Shown: piece after piece, positions 1 through 12,200 of the stretch | Layout of the letters: the number at the start of each line of letters is the position of its first letter | Position numbering within the stretch: the first letter of the stretch is position 1 | Assembly (NCBI GenBank): GCA_964057225.1 | Contig: OZ059900.1 | Span: 16,988,001 to 17,052,000, forward strand | Length of the DNA stretch: 64,000 nucleotides | Source of the DNA: Auanema rhodensis | Taxonomy: Eukaryota; Animalia; Nematoda | Direction: 5' to 3' | The notes under the pieces: model-generated | Told to the model about the DNA's origin: nothing | The model's database searches: none | What the model saw: only the letters and a program-made list of their open reading frames with translations | Made by a program: the position numbers and the translations under genes

Positions 1-48
1 CTAGTTCCACTTTCACGACAAAAAAACAGGGGTTAGAAAATTAAGGAA

Positions 49-85
49 ATTAGCATATTCTGAGGGCACGCCCCTTATGGCTAAT
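49..85. other. Imperfect inverted repeat 1 within each monomer (p49-85)
   Basis: The outer stem is ATTAGCATA (49-57) with TAT-G-GCTAAT (76-85, one bulged G). The inner stem is GGG/CCC around CACG (64-73). Confidence 0.7.
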
Positions 86-133
86 ATTGATTAAATCGAT
101 TTTTGTTCATATGAGTCGTCAAATGCAACGAAT

Positions 134-176
134 TTCAGCGTGTTACATACTAAAATGAAGCATTTTACATGCTGAA
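134..176. other. Imperfect inverted repeat 2 within each monomer (p134-176)
   Basis: TTCAGCGTG (134-142) pairs with CATGCTGAA (168-176, one G-T), followed by an 8-nt bulge and a perfect TAAAATG-aag-CATTTTA (151-167). Confidence 0.8.
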
Positions 177-250
177 CACTAGAAAAATACAAAAACACAG
201 TATTTCCCATGAGAAATATTTTATTATGCTGGAAAACCAGTTTTTGGAAA

Positions 251-267
251 TTTCGCTGTAAACAAGG
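251..267 (+). other. Degenerate CENP-B-box-like 17-mer in each monomer
   Basis: TTTCGCTGTAAACAAGG matches the human box CTTCGTTGGAAACGGGA at 11/17 positions and 7/9 core positions (TTCG....A..C..G). The CGGG core is broken. Confidence 0.3.
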
Positions 268-3200
268 TTTTGACTTACGATTTCATGTGTTCAAACTCAT
301 GCAATGTCAATGAAACCTAGCTCAAAATTGTTCCTACAACGTCTAGTTCCACTTTCACGACAAAAAAACAGGGGTTAGAAAATTAAGGAAATTAGCATAT
401 TCTGAGGGCACGCCCCTTATGGCTAATATTGATTAAATCGATTTTTGTTCATATGAGTCGTCAAATGCAACGAATTTCAGCGTGTTACATACTAAAATGA
501 AGCATTTTACATGCTGAACACTAGAAAAATACAAAAACACAGTATTTCCCATGAGAAATATTTTATTATGCTGGAAAACCAGTTTTTGGAAATTTCGCTG
601 TAAACAAGGTTTTGACTTACGATTTCATGTGTTCAAACTCATGCAATGTCAATGAAACCCAGCTCAAAATTGTTCGTACAACGTCTAGTTCCACTTTCAC
701 GACAAAAAAACAGGGGTTAGAAAATTAAGGAAATTAGCATATTCTGAGGGCACGCCCCTTATGGCTAATATTGATTAAATCGATTTTTGTTCATATGAGT
801 CGTCAAATGCAACGAATTTCAGCGTGTTACATACTAAAATGAAGCATTTTACATGCTGAACACTAGAAAAATACAAAAACACAGTATTTCCCATGAGAAA
901 TATTTTATTATGCTGGAAAACCAGTTTTTGGAAATTTCGCTGTAAACAAGGTTTTGACTTACGATTTCATGTGTTCAAACTCATGCAATGTCAATGAAAC
1001 CTAGCTCAAAATTGTTCGTACAACGTCTAGTTCCACTTTCACGACAAAAAAACAGGGGTTAGAAAATTAAGGAAATTAGCATATTCTGAGGGCACGCCCC
1101 TTATGGCTAATATTGATTAAATCGATTTTTGTTCATATGAGTCGTCAAATGCAACGAATTTCAGCGTGTTACATACTAAAATGAAGCATTTTACATGCTG
1201 AACACTAGAAAAATACAAAAACACAGTATTTCCCATGAGAAATATTTTATTATGCTGGAAAACCAGTTTTTGGAAATTTCGCTGTAAACAAGGTTTTGAC
1301 TTACGATTTCATGTGTTCAAACTCATGCAATGTCAATGAAACCTAGCTCAAAATTGTTCGTACAACGTCTAGTTCCACTTTCACGACAAAAAAACAGGGG
1401 TTAGAAAATTAAGGAAATTAGCATATTCTGAGGGCACGCCCCTTATGGCTAATATTGATTAAATCGATTTTTGTTCATATGAGTCGTCAAATGCAACGAA
1501 TTTCAGCGTGTTACATACTAAAATGAAGCATTTTACATGCTGAACACTAGAAAAATACAAAAACACAGTATTTCCCATGAGAAATATTTTATTATGCTGG
1601 AAAACCAGTTTTTGAAAATTTCGCTGTAAACAAGGTTTTGACTTACGATTTCATGTGTTCAAACTCATGCAATGTCAATGAAACCTAGCTCAAAATTGTT
1701 CGTACAACGTCTAGTTCCACTTTCACGACAAAAAAACAGGGGTTAGAAAATTAAGGAAATTAGCATATTCTGAGGGCACGCCCCTTATGGCTAATATTGA
1801 TTAAATCGATTTTTGTTCATATGAGTCGTCAAATGCAACGAATTTCAGCGTGTTACATACTAAAATGAAGCATTTTACATGCTGAACACTAGAAAAATAC
1901 AAAAACACAGTATTTCCCATGAGAAATATTTTATTATGCTGGAAAACCAGTTTTTGGAAATTTCGCTGTAAACAAGGTTTTGACTTACGATTTCATGTGT
2001 TCAAACTCATGCAATGTCAATGAAACCCAGCTCAAAATTGTTCGTACAACGTCTAGTTCCACTTTCACGACAAAAAAACAGGGGTTAGAAAATTAAGGAA
2101 ATTAGCATATTCTGAGGGCACGCCCCTTATGGCTAATATTGATTAAATCGATTTTTGTTCATATGAGTCGTCAAATGCAACGAATTTCAGCGTGTTACAT
2201 ACTAAAATGAAGCATTTTACATGCTGAACACTAGAAAAATACAAAAACACAGTATTTCCCATGAGAAATATTTTATTATGCTGGAAAACCAGTTTTTGGA
2301 AATTTCGCTGTAAACAAGGTTTTGACTTACGATTTCATGTGTTCAAACTCATGCAATGTCAATGAAACCCAGCTCAAAATTGTTCGTACAACGTCTAGTT
2401 CCACTTTCACGACAAAAAAACAGGGGTTAGAAAATTAAGGAAATTAGCATATTCTGAGGGCACGCCCCTTATGGCTAATATTGATTAAATCGATTTTTGT
2501 TCATATGAGTCGTCAAATGCAACGAATTTCAGCGTGTTACATACTAAAATGAAGCATTTTACATGCTGAACACTAGAAAAATACAAAAACACAGTATTTC
2601 CCATGAGAAATTTTTTATTATGCTGGAAAACCAGTTTTTGGAAATTTCGCTGTAAACAAGGTTTTGACTTACGATTTCATGTGTTCAAACTCATGCAATG
2701 TCAATGAAACCTAGCTCAAAATTGTTCGTACAACGTCTAGTTCCACTTTCACGACAAAAAAACAGGGGTTAGAAAATTAAGGAAATTAGCATATTCTGAG
2801 GGCACGCCCCTTATGGCTAATATTGATTAAATCGATTTTTGTTCATATGAGTCGTCAAATGCAACGAATTTCAGCGTGTTACATACTAAAATGAAGCATT
2901 TTACATGCTGAACACTAGAAAAATACAAAAACACAGTATTTCCCATGAGAAATATTTTATTATGCTGGAAAACCAGTTTTTGAAAATTTCGCTGTAAACA
3001 AGGTTTTGACTTACGATTTCATGTGTTCAAACTCATGCAATGTCAATGAAACCTAGCTCAAAATTGTTCCTACAACGTCTAGTTCCACTTTCACGACAAA
3101 AAAACAGGGGTTAGAAAATTAAGGAAATTAGCATATTCTGAGGGCACGCCCTTTATGGCTAATATTGATTAAATCGATTTTTGTTCATATGAGTCGTCAA

Positions 3201-6200
3201 ATGCAACGAATTTCAGCGTGTTACATACTAAAATGAAGCATTTTACATGCTGAACGCTAGAAAAATACAAAAACACAGTATTTCCCATGAGAAATATTTT
3301 ATTATGCTGGAAAACCAGTTTTTGAAAATTTCGCTGTAAACAAGGTTTTGACTTACGATTTCATGTGTTCAAACTCATGCAATGTCAATGAAACCTAGCT
3401 CAAAATTGTTCCTACAACGTCTAGTTCCACTTTCACGACAAAAAAACAGGGGTTAGAAAATTAAGGAAATTAGCATATTCTGAGGGCACGCCCTTTATGG
3501 CTAATATTGATTAAATCGATTTTTGTTCATATGAGTCGTCAAATGCAACGAATTTCAGCGTGTTACATACTAAAATGAAGCATTTTACATGCTGAACACT
3601 AGAAAAATACAAAAACACAGTATTTCCCATGAGAAATATTTTATTATGCTGGAAAACCAGTTTTTGGAAATTTCGCTGTAAACAAGGTTTTGACTTACGA
3701 TTTCATGTGTTCAAACTCATGCAATGTCAATGAAACCTAGCTCAAAATTGTTCCTACAACGTCTAGTTCCACTTTCACGACAAAAAAACAGGGGTTAGAA
3801 AATTAAGGAAATTAGCATATTCTGAGGGCACGCCCCTTATGGCTAATATTGATTAAATCGATTTTTGTTCATATGAGTCGTCAAATGCAACGAATTTCAG
3901 CGTGTTACATACTAAAATGAAGCATTTTACATGCTGAACACTAGAAAAATACAAAAACACAGTATTTCCCATGAGAAATATTTTATTATGCTGGAAAACC
4001 AGTTTTTGGAAATTTCGCTGTAAACAAGGTTTTGACTTACGATTTCATGTGTTCAAACTCATGCAATGTCAATGAAACCTAGCTCAAAATTGTTCGTACA
4101 ACGTCTAGTTCCACTTTCACGACAAAAAAACAGGGGTTAGAAAATTAAGGAAATTAGCATATTCTGAGGGCACGCCCTTTATGGCTAATATTGATTAAAT
4201 CGATTTTTGTTCATATGAGTCGTCAAATGCAACGAATTTCAGCGTGTTACATACTAAAATGAAGCATTTTACATGCTGAACACTAGAAAAATACAAAAAC
4301 ACAGTAATACCCATGAGAAATATTTTATTATGCTGGAAAACCAGTTTTTGGAAATTTCGCTGTAAACAAGGTTTTGACTTACGATTTCATGTGTTCAAAC
4401 TCATGCAATGTCAATGAAACCTAGCTCAAAATTGTTCGTACAACGTCTAGTTCCACTTTCACGACAAAAAAACAGGGGTTAGAAAATTAAGGAAATTAGC
4501 ATATTCTGAGGGCACGCCCCTTATGGCTAATATTGATTAAATCGATTTTTGTTCATATGAGTCGTCAAATGCAACGAATTTCAGCGTGTTACATACTAAA
4601 ATGAAGCATTTTACATGCTGAACACTAGAAAAATACAAAAACACAGTAATACCCATGAGAAATATTTTATTATGCTGGAAAACCAGTTTTTGGAAATTTC
4701 GCTGTAAACAAGGTTTTGACTTACGATTTCATGTGTTCAAACTCATGCAATGTCAATGAAACCTAGCTCAAAATTGTTCGTACAACGTCTAGTTCCACTT
4801 TCACGACAAAAAAACAGGGGTTAGAAAATTAAGGAAATTAGCATATTCTGAGGGCACGCCCCTTATGGCTAATATTGATTAAATCGATTTTTGTTCATAT
4901 GAGTCGTCAAATGCAACGAATTTCAGCGTGTTACATACTAAAATGAAGCATTTTACATGCTGAACACTAGAAAAATACAAAAACACAGTATTTCCCATGA
5001 GAAATATTTTATTATGCTGGAAAACCAGTTTTTGAAAATTTCGCTGTAAACAAGGTTTTGACTTACGATTTCATGTGTTCAAACTCATGCAATGTCAATG
5101 AAACCTAGCTCAAAATTGTTCCTACAACGTCTAGTTCCACTTTCACGACAAAAAAACAGGGGTTAGAAAATTAAGGAAATTAGCATATTCTGAGGGCACG
5201 CCCTTTATGGCTAATATTGATTAAATCGATTTTTGTTCATATGAGTCGTCAAATGCAACGAATTTCAGCGTGTTACATACTAAAATGAAGCATTTTACAT
5301 GCTGAACGCTAGAAAAATACAAAAACACAGTATTTCCCATGAGAAATATTTTATTATGCTGGAAAACCAGTTTTTGAAAATTTCGCTGTAAACAAGGTTT
5401 TGACTTACGATTTCATGTGTTCAAACTCATGCAATGTCAATGAAACCTAGCTCAAAATTGTTCCTACAACGTCTAGTTCCACTTTCACGACAAAAAAACA
5501 GGGGTTAGAAAATTAAGGAAATTAGCATATTCTGAGGGCACGCCCTTTATGGCTAATATTGATTAAATCGATTTTTGTTCATATGAGTCGTCAAATGCAA
5601 CGAATTTCAGCGTGTTACATACTAAAATGAAGCATTTTACATGCTGAACACTAGAAAAATACAAAAACACAGTATTTCCCATGATAAATATTTTATTATG
5701 CTGGAAAACCAGTTTTTGAAAATTTCGCTGTAAACAAGGTTTTGACTTACGATTTCATGTGTTCAAACTCATGCAATGTCAATGAAACCTAGCTCAAAAT
5801 TGTTCCTACAACGTCTAGTTCCACTTTCACGACAAAAAAACAGGGGTTAGAAAATTAAGGAAATTAGCATATTCTGAGGGCACGCCCCTTATGGCTAATA
5901 TTGATTAAATCGATTTTTGTTCATATGAGTCGTCAAATGCAACGAATTTCAGCGTGTTACATACTAAAATGAAGCATTTTACATGCTGAACACTAGAAAA
6001 ATACAAAAACACAGTATTTCCCATGAGAAATATTTTATTATGCTGGAAAACCAGTTTTTGGAAATTTCGCTGTAAACAAGGTTTTGACTTACGATTTCAT
6101 GTGTTCAAACTCATGCAATGTCAATGAAACCTAGCTCAAAATTGTTCGTACAACGTCTAGTTCCACTTTCACGACAAAAAAACAGGGGTTAGAAAATTAA

Positions 6201-9200
6201 GGAAATTAGCATATTCTGAGGGCACGCCCCTTATGGCTAATATTGATTAAATCGATTTTTGTTCATATGAGTCGTCAAATGCAACGAATTTCAGCGTGTT
6301 ACATACTAAAATGAAGCATTTTACATGCTGAACACTAGAAAAATACAAAAACACAGTATTTCCCATGAGAAATATTTTATTATGCTGGAAAACCAGTTTT
6401 TGGAAATTTCGCTGTAAACAAGGTTTTGACTTACGATTTCATGTGTTCAAACTCATGCAATGTCAATGAAACCCAGCTCAAAATTGTTCGTACAACGTCT
6501 AGTTCCACTTTCACGACAAAAAAACAGGGGTTAGAAAATTAAGGAAATTAGCATATTCTGAGGGCACGCCCCTTATGGCTAATATTGATTAAATCGATTT
6601 TTGTTCATATGAGTCGTCAAATGCAACGAATTTCAGCGTGTTACATACTAAAATGAAGCATTTTACATGCTGAACACTAGAAAAATACAAAAACACAGTA
6701 TTTCCCATGAGAAATATTTTATTATGCTGGAAAACCAGTTTTTGGAAATTTCGCTGTAAACAAGGTTTTGACTTACGATTTCATGTGTTCAAACTCATGC
6801 AATGTCAATGAAACCCAGCTCAAAATTGTTCGTACAACGTCTAGTTCCACTTTCACGACAAAAAAACAGGGGTTAGAAAATTAAGGAAATTAGCATATTC
6901 TGAGGGCACGCCCCTTATGGCTAATATTGATTAAATCGATTTTTGTTCATATGAGTCGTCAAATGCAACGAATTTCAGCGTGTTACATACTAAAATGAAG
7001 CATTTTACATGCTGAACACTAGAAAAATACAAAAACACAGTATTTCCCATGAGAAATATTTTATTATGCTGGAAAACCAGTTTTTGGAAATTTCGCTGTA
7101 AACAAGGTTTTGACTTACGATTTCATGTGTTCAAACTCATGCAATGTCAATGAAACCTAGCTCAAAATTGTTCGTACAACGTCTAGTTCCACTTTCACGA
7201 CAAAAAAACAGGGGTTAGAAAATTAAGGAAATTAGCATATTCTGAGGGCACGCCCCTTATGGCTAATATTGATTAAATCGATTTTTGTTCATATGAGTCG
7301 TCAAATGCAACGAATTTCAGCGTGTTACATACTAAAATGAAGCATTTTACATGCTGAACACTAGAAAAATACAAAAACACAGTATTTCCCATGAGAAATA
7401 TTTTATTATGCTGGAAAACCAGTTTTTGGAAATTTCGCTGTAAACAAGGTTTTGACTTACGATTTCATGTGTTCAAACTCATGCAATGTCAATGAAACCT
7501 AGCTCAAAATTGTTCGTACAACGTCTAGTTCCACTTTCACGACAAAAAAACAGGGGTTAGAAAATTAAGGAAATTAGCATATTCTGAGGGCACGCCCCTT
7601 ATGGCTAATATTGATTAAATCGATTTTTGTTCATATGAGTCGTCAAATGCAACGAATTTCAGCGTGTTACATACTAAAATGAAGCATTTTACATGCTGAA
7701 CACTAGAAAAATACAAAAACACAGTATTTCCCATGAGAAATATTTTATTATGCTGGAAAACCAGTTTTTGGAAATTTCGCTGTAAACAAGGTTTTGACTT
7801 ACGATTTCATGTGTTCAAACTCATGCAATGTCAATGAAACCTAGCTCAAAATTGTTCCTACAACGTCTAGTTCCACTTTCACGACAAAAAAACAGGGGTT
7901 AGAAAATTAAGGAAATTAGCATATTCTGAGGGCACGCCCCTTATGGCTAATATTGATTAAATCGATTTTTGTTCATATGAGTCGTCAAATGCAACGAATT
8001 TCAGCGTGTTACATACTAAAATGAAGCATTTTACATGCTGAACACTAGAAAAATACAAAAACACAGTATTTCCCATGAGAAATATTTTATTATGCTGGAA
8101 AACCAGTTTTTGGAAATTTCGCTGTAAACAAGGTTTTGACTTACGATTTCATGTGTTCAAACTCATGCAATGTCAATGAAACCCAGCTCAAAATTGTTCG
8201 TACAACGTCTAGTTCCACTTTCACGACAAAAAAACAGGGGTTAGAAAATTAAGGAAATTAGCATATTCTGAGGGCACGCCCCTTATGGCTAATATTGATT
8301 AAATCGATTTTTGTTCATATGAGTCGTCAAATGCAACGAATTTCAGCGTGTTACATACTAAAATGAAGCATTTTACATGCTGAACACTAGAAAAATACAA
8401 AAACACAGTATTTCCCATGAGAAATATTTTATTATGCTGGAAAACCAGTTTTTGGAAATTTCGCTGTAAACAAGGTTTTGACTTACGATTTCATGTGTTC
8501 AAACTCATGCAATGTCAATGAAACCTAGCTCAAAATTGTTCGTACAACGTCTAGTTCCACTTTCACGACAAAAAAACAGGGGTTAGAAAATTAAGGAAAT
8601 TAGCATATTCTGAGGGCACGCCCCTTATGGCTAATATTGATTAAATCGATTTTTGTTCATATGAGTCGTCAAATGCAACGAATTTCAGCGTGTTACATAC
8701 TAAAATGAAGCATTTTACATGCTGAACACTAGAAAAATACAAAAACACAGTATTTCCCATGAGAAATATTTTATTATGCTGGAAAACCAGTTTTTGGAAA
8801 TTTCGCTGTAAACAAGGTTTTGACTTACGATTTCATGTGTTCAAACTCATGCAATGTCAATGAAACCTAGCTCAAAATTGTTCGTACAACGTCTAGTTCC
8901 ACTTTCACGACAAAAAAACAGGGGTTAGAAAATTAAGGAAATTAGCATATTCTGAGGGCACGCCCCTTATGGCTAATATTGATTAAATCGATTTTTGTTC
9001 ATATGAGTCGTCAAATGCAACGAATTTCAGCGTGTTACATACTAAAATGAAGCATTTTACATGCTGAACACTAGAAAAATACAAAAACACAGTATTTCCC
9101 ATGAGAAATATTTTATTATGCTGGAAAACCAGTTTTTGAAAATTTCGCTGTAAACAAGGTTTTGACTTACGATTTCATGTGTTCAAACTCATGCAATGTC

Positions 9201-12200
9201 AATGAAACCTAGCTCAAAATTGTTCGTACAACGTCTAGTTCCACTTTCACGACAAAAAAACAGGGGTTAGAAAATTAAGGAAATTAGCATATTCTGAGGG
9301 CACGCCCCTTATGGCTAATATTGATTAAATCGATTTTTGTTCATATGAGTCGTCAAATGCAACGAATTTCAGCGTGTTACATACTAAAATGAAGCATTTT
9401 ACATGCTGAACACTAGAAAAATACAAAAACACAGTATTTCCCATGAGAAATATTTTATTATGCTGGAAAACCAGTTTTTGGAAATTTCGCTGTAAACAAG
9501 GTTTTGACTTACGATTTCATGTGTTCAAACTCATGCAATGTCAATGAAACCCAGCTCAAAATTGTTCGTACAACGTCTAGTTCCACTTTCACGACAAAAA
9601 AACAGGGGTTAGAAAATTAAGGAAATTAGCATATTCTGAGGGCACGCCCCTTATGGCTAATATTGATTAAATCGATTTTTGTTCATATGAGTCGTCAAAT
9701 GCAACGAATTTCAGCGTGTTACATACTAAAATGAAGCATTTTACATGCTGAACACTAGAAAAATACAAAAACACAGTATTTCCCATGAGAAATATTTTAT
9801 TATGCTGGAAAACCAGTTTTTGGAAATTTCGCTGTAAACAAGGTTTTGACTTACGATTTCATGTGTTCAAACTCATGCAATGTCAATGAAACCCAGCTCA
9901 AAATTGTTCGTACAACGTCTAGTTCCACTTTCACGACAAAAAAACAGGGGTTAGAAAATTAAGGAAATTAGCATATTCTGAGGGCACGCCCCTTATGGCT
10001 AATATTGATTAAATCGATTTTTGTTCATATGAGTCGTCAAATGCAACGAATTTCAGCGTGTTACATACTAAAATGAAGCATTTTACATGCTGAACACTAG
10101 AAAAATACAAAAACACAGTATTTCCCATGAGAAATTTTTTATTATGCTGGAAAACCAGTTTTTGGAAATTTCGCTGTAAACAAGGTTTTGACTTACGATT
10201 TCATGTGTTCAAACTCATGCAATGTCAATGAAACCTAGCTCAAAATTGTTCGTACAACGTCTAGTTCCACTTTCACGACAAAAAAACAGGGGTTAGAAAA
10301 TTAAGGAAATTAGCATATTCTGAGGGCACGCCCCTTATGGCTAATATTGATTAAATCGATTTTTGTTCATATGAGTCGTCAAATGCAACGAATTTCAGCG
10401 TGTTACATACTAAAATGAAGCATTTTACATGCTGAACACTAGAAAAATACAAAAACACAGTATTTCCCATGAGAAATATTTTATTATGCTGGAAAACCAG
10501 TTTTTGAAAATTTCGCTGTAAACAAGGTTTTGACTTACGATTTCATGTGTTCAAACTCATGCAATGTCAATGAAACCTAGCTCAAAATTGTTCCTACAAC
10601 GTCTAGTTCCACTTTCACGACAAAAAAACAGGGGTTAGAAAATTAAGGAAATTAGCATATTCTGAGGGCACGCCCTTTATGGCTAATATTGATTAAATCG
10701 ATTTTTGTTCATATGAGTCGTCAAATGCAACGAATTTCAGCGTGTTACATACTAAAATGAAGCATTTTACATGCTGAACGCTAGAAAAATACAAAAACAC
10801 AGTATTTCCCATGAGAAATATTTTATTATGCTGGAAAACCAGTTTTTGAAAATTTCGCTGTAAACAAGGTTTTGACTTACGATTTCATGTGTTCAAACTC
10901 ATGCAATGTCAATGAAACCTAGCTCAAAATTGTTCCTACAACGTCTAGTTCCACTTTCACGACAAAAAAACAGGGGTTAGAAAATTAAGGAAATTAGCAT
11001 ATTCTGAGGGCACGCCCTTTATGGCTAATATTGATTAAATCGATTTTTGTTCATATGAGTCGTCAAATGCAACGAATTTCAGCGTGTTACATACTAAAAT
11101 GAAGCATTTTACATGCTGAACACTAGAAAAATACAAAAACACAGTATTTCCCATGAGAAATATTTTATTATGCTGGAAAACCAGTTTTTGGAAATTTCGC
11201 TGTAAACAAGGTTTTGACTTACGATTTCATGTGTTCAAACTCATGCAATGTCAATGAAACCTAGCTCAAAATTGTTCCTACAACGTCTAGTTCCACTTTC
11301 ACGACAAAAAAACAGGGGTTAGAAAATTAAGGAAATTAGCATATTCTGAGGGCACGCCCCTTATGGCTAATATTGATTAAATCGATTTTTGTTCATATGA
11401 GTCGTCAAATGCAACGAATTTCAGCGTGTTACATACTAAAATGAAGCATTTTACATGCTGAACACTAGAAAAATACAAAAACACAGTATTTCCCATGAGA
11501 AATATTTTATTATGCTGGAAAACCAGTTTTTGGAAATTTCGCTGTAAACAAGGTTTTGACTTACGATTTCATGTGTTCAAACTCATGCAATGTCAATGAA
11601 ACCTAGCTCAAAATTGTTCGTACAACGTCTAGTTCCACTTTCACGACAAAAAAACAGGGGTTAGAAAATTAAGGAAATTAGCATATTCTGAGGGCACGCC
11701 CTTTATGGCTAATATTGATTAAATCGATTTTTGTTCATATGAGTCGTCAAATGCAACGAATTTCAGCGTGTTACATACTAAAATGAAGCATTTTACATGC
11801 TGAACACTAGAAAAATACAAAAACACAGTAATACCCATGAGAAATATTTTATTATGCTGGAAAACCAGTTTTTGGAAATTTCGCTGTAAACAAGGTTTTG
11901 ACTTACGATTTCATGTGTTCAAACTCATGCAATGTCAATGAAACCTAGCTCAAAATTGTTCGTACAACGTCTAGTTCCACTTTCACGACAAAAAAACAGG
12001 GGTTAGAAAATTAAGGAAATTAGCATATTCTGAGGGCACGCCCCTTATGGCTAATATTGATTAAATCGATTTTTGTTCATATGAGTCGTCAAATGCAACG
12101 AATTTCAGCGTGTTACATACTAAAATGAAGCATTTTACATGCTGAACACTAGAAAAATACAAAAACACAGTAATACCCATGAGAAATATTTTATTATGCT

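Noticed and set aside
29-54. Telomere-like GGGTTAG followed by TTAAGG and TTAGC
   Set aside because: Only about one repeat unit, with degenerate neighbours. This is expected by chance and insufficient for a telomeric origin or a G-quadruplex.
20-327. Phased A-tracts implying intrinsic curvature
   Set aside because: A/T tracts are abundant, but ~10-bp spacing holds only for a few local pairs and cannot be supported without a curvature calculation.
1-342. Primate alpha satellite (171-bp monomer or ~340-bp dimer)
   Set aside because: The length fits, but I recognise no alpha-satellite consensus segments and the CENP-B box core is broken. Length alone is not diagnostic.
1-342. Tandem 5S rRNA, tRNA, snRNA or spliced-leader gene array
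   Set aside because: No recognisable 5S, tRNA cloverleaf, A/B box or snRNA sequence on either strand.
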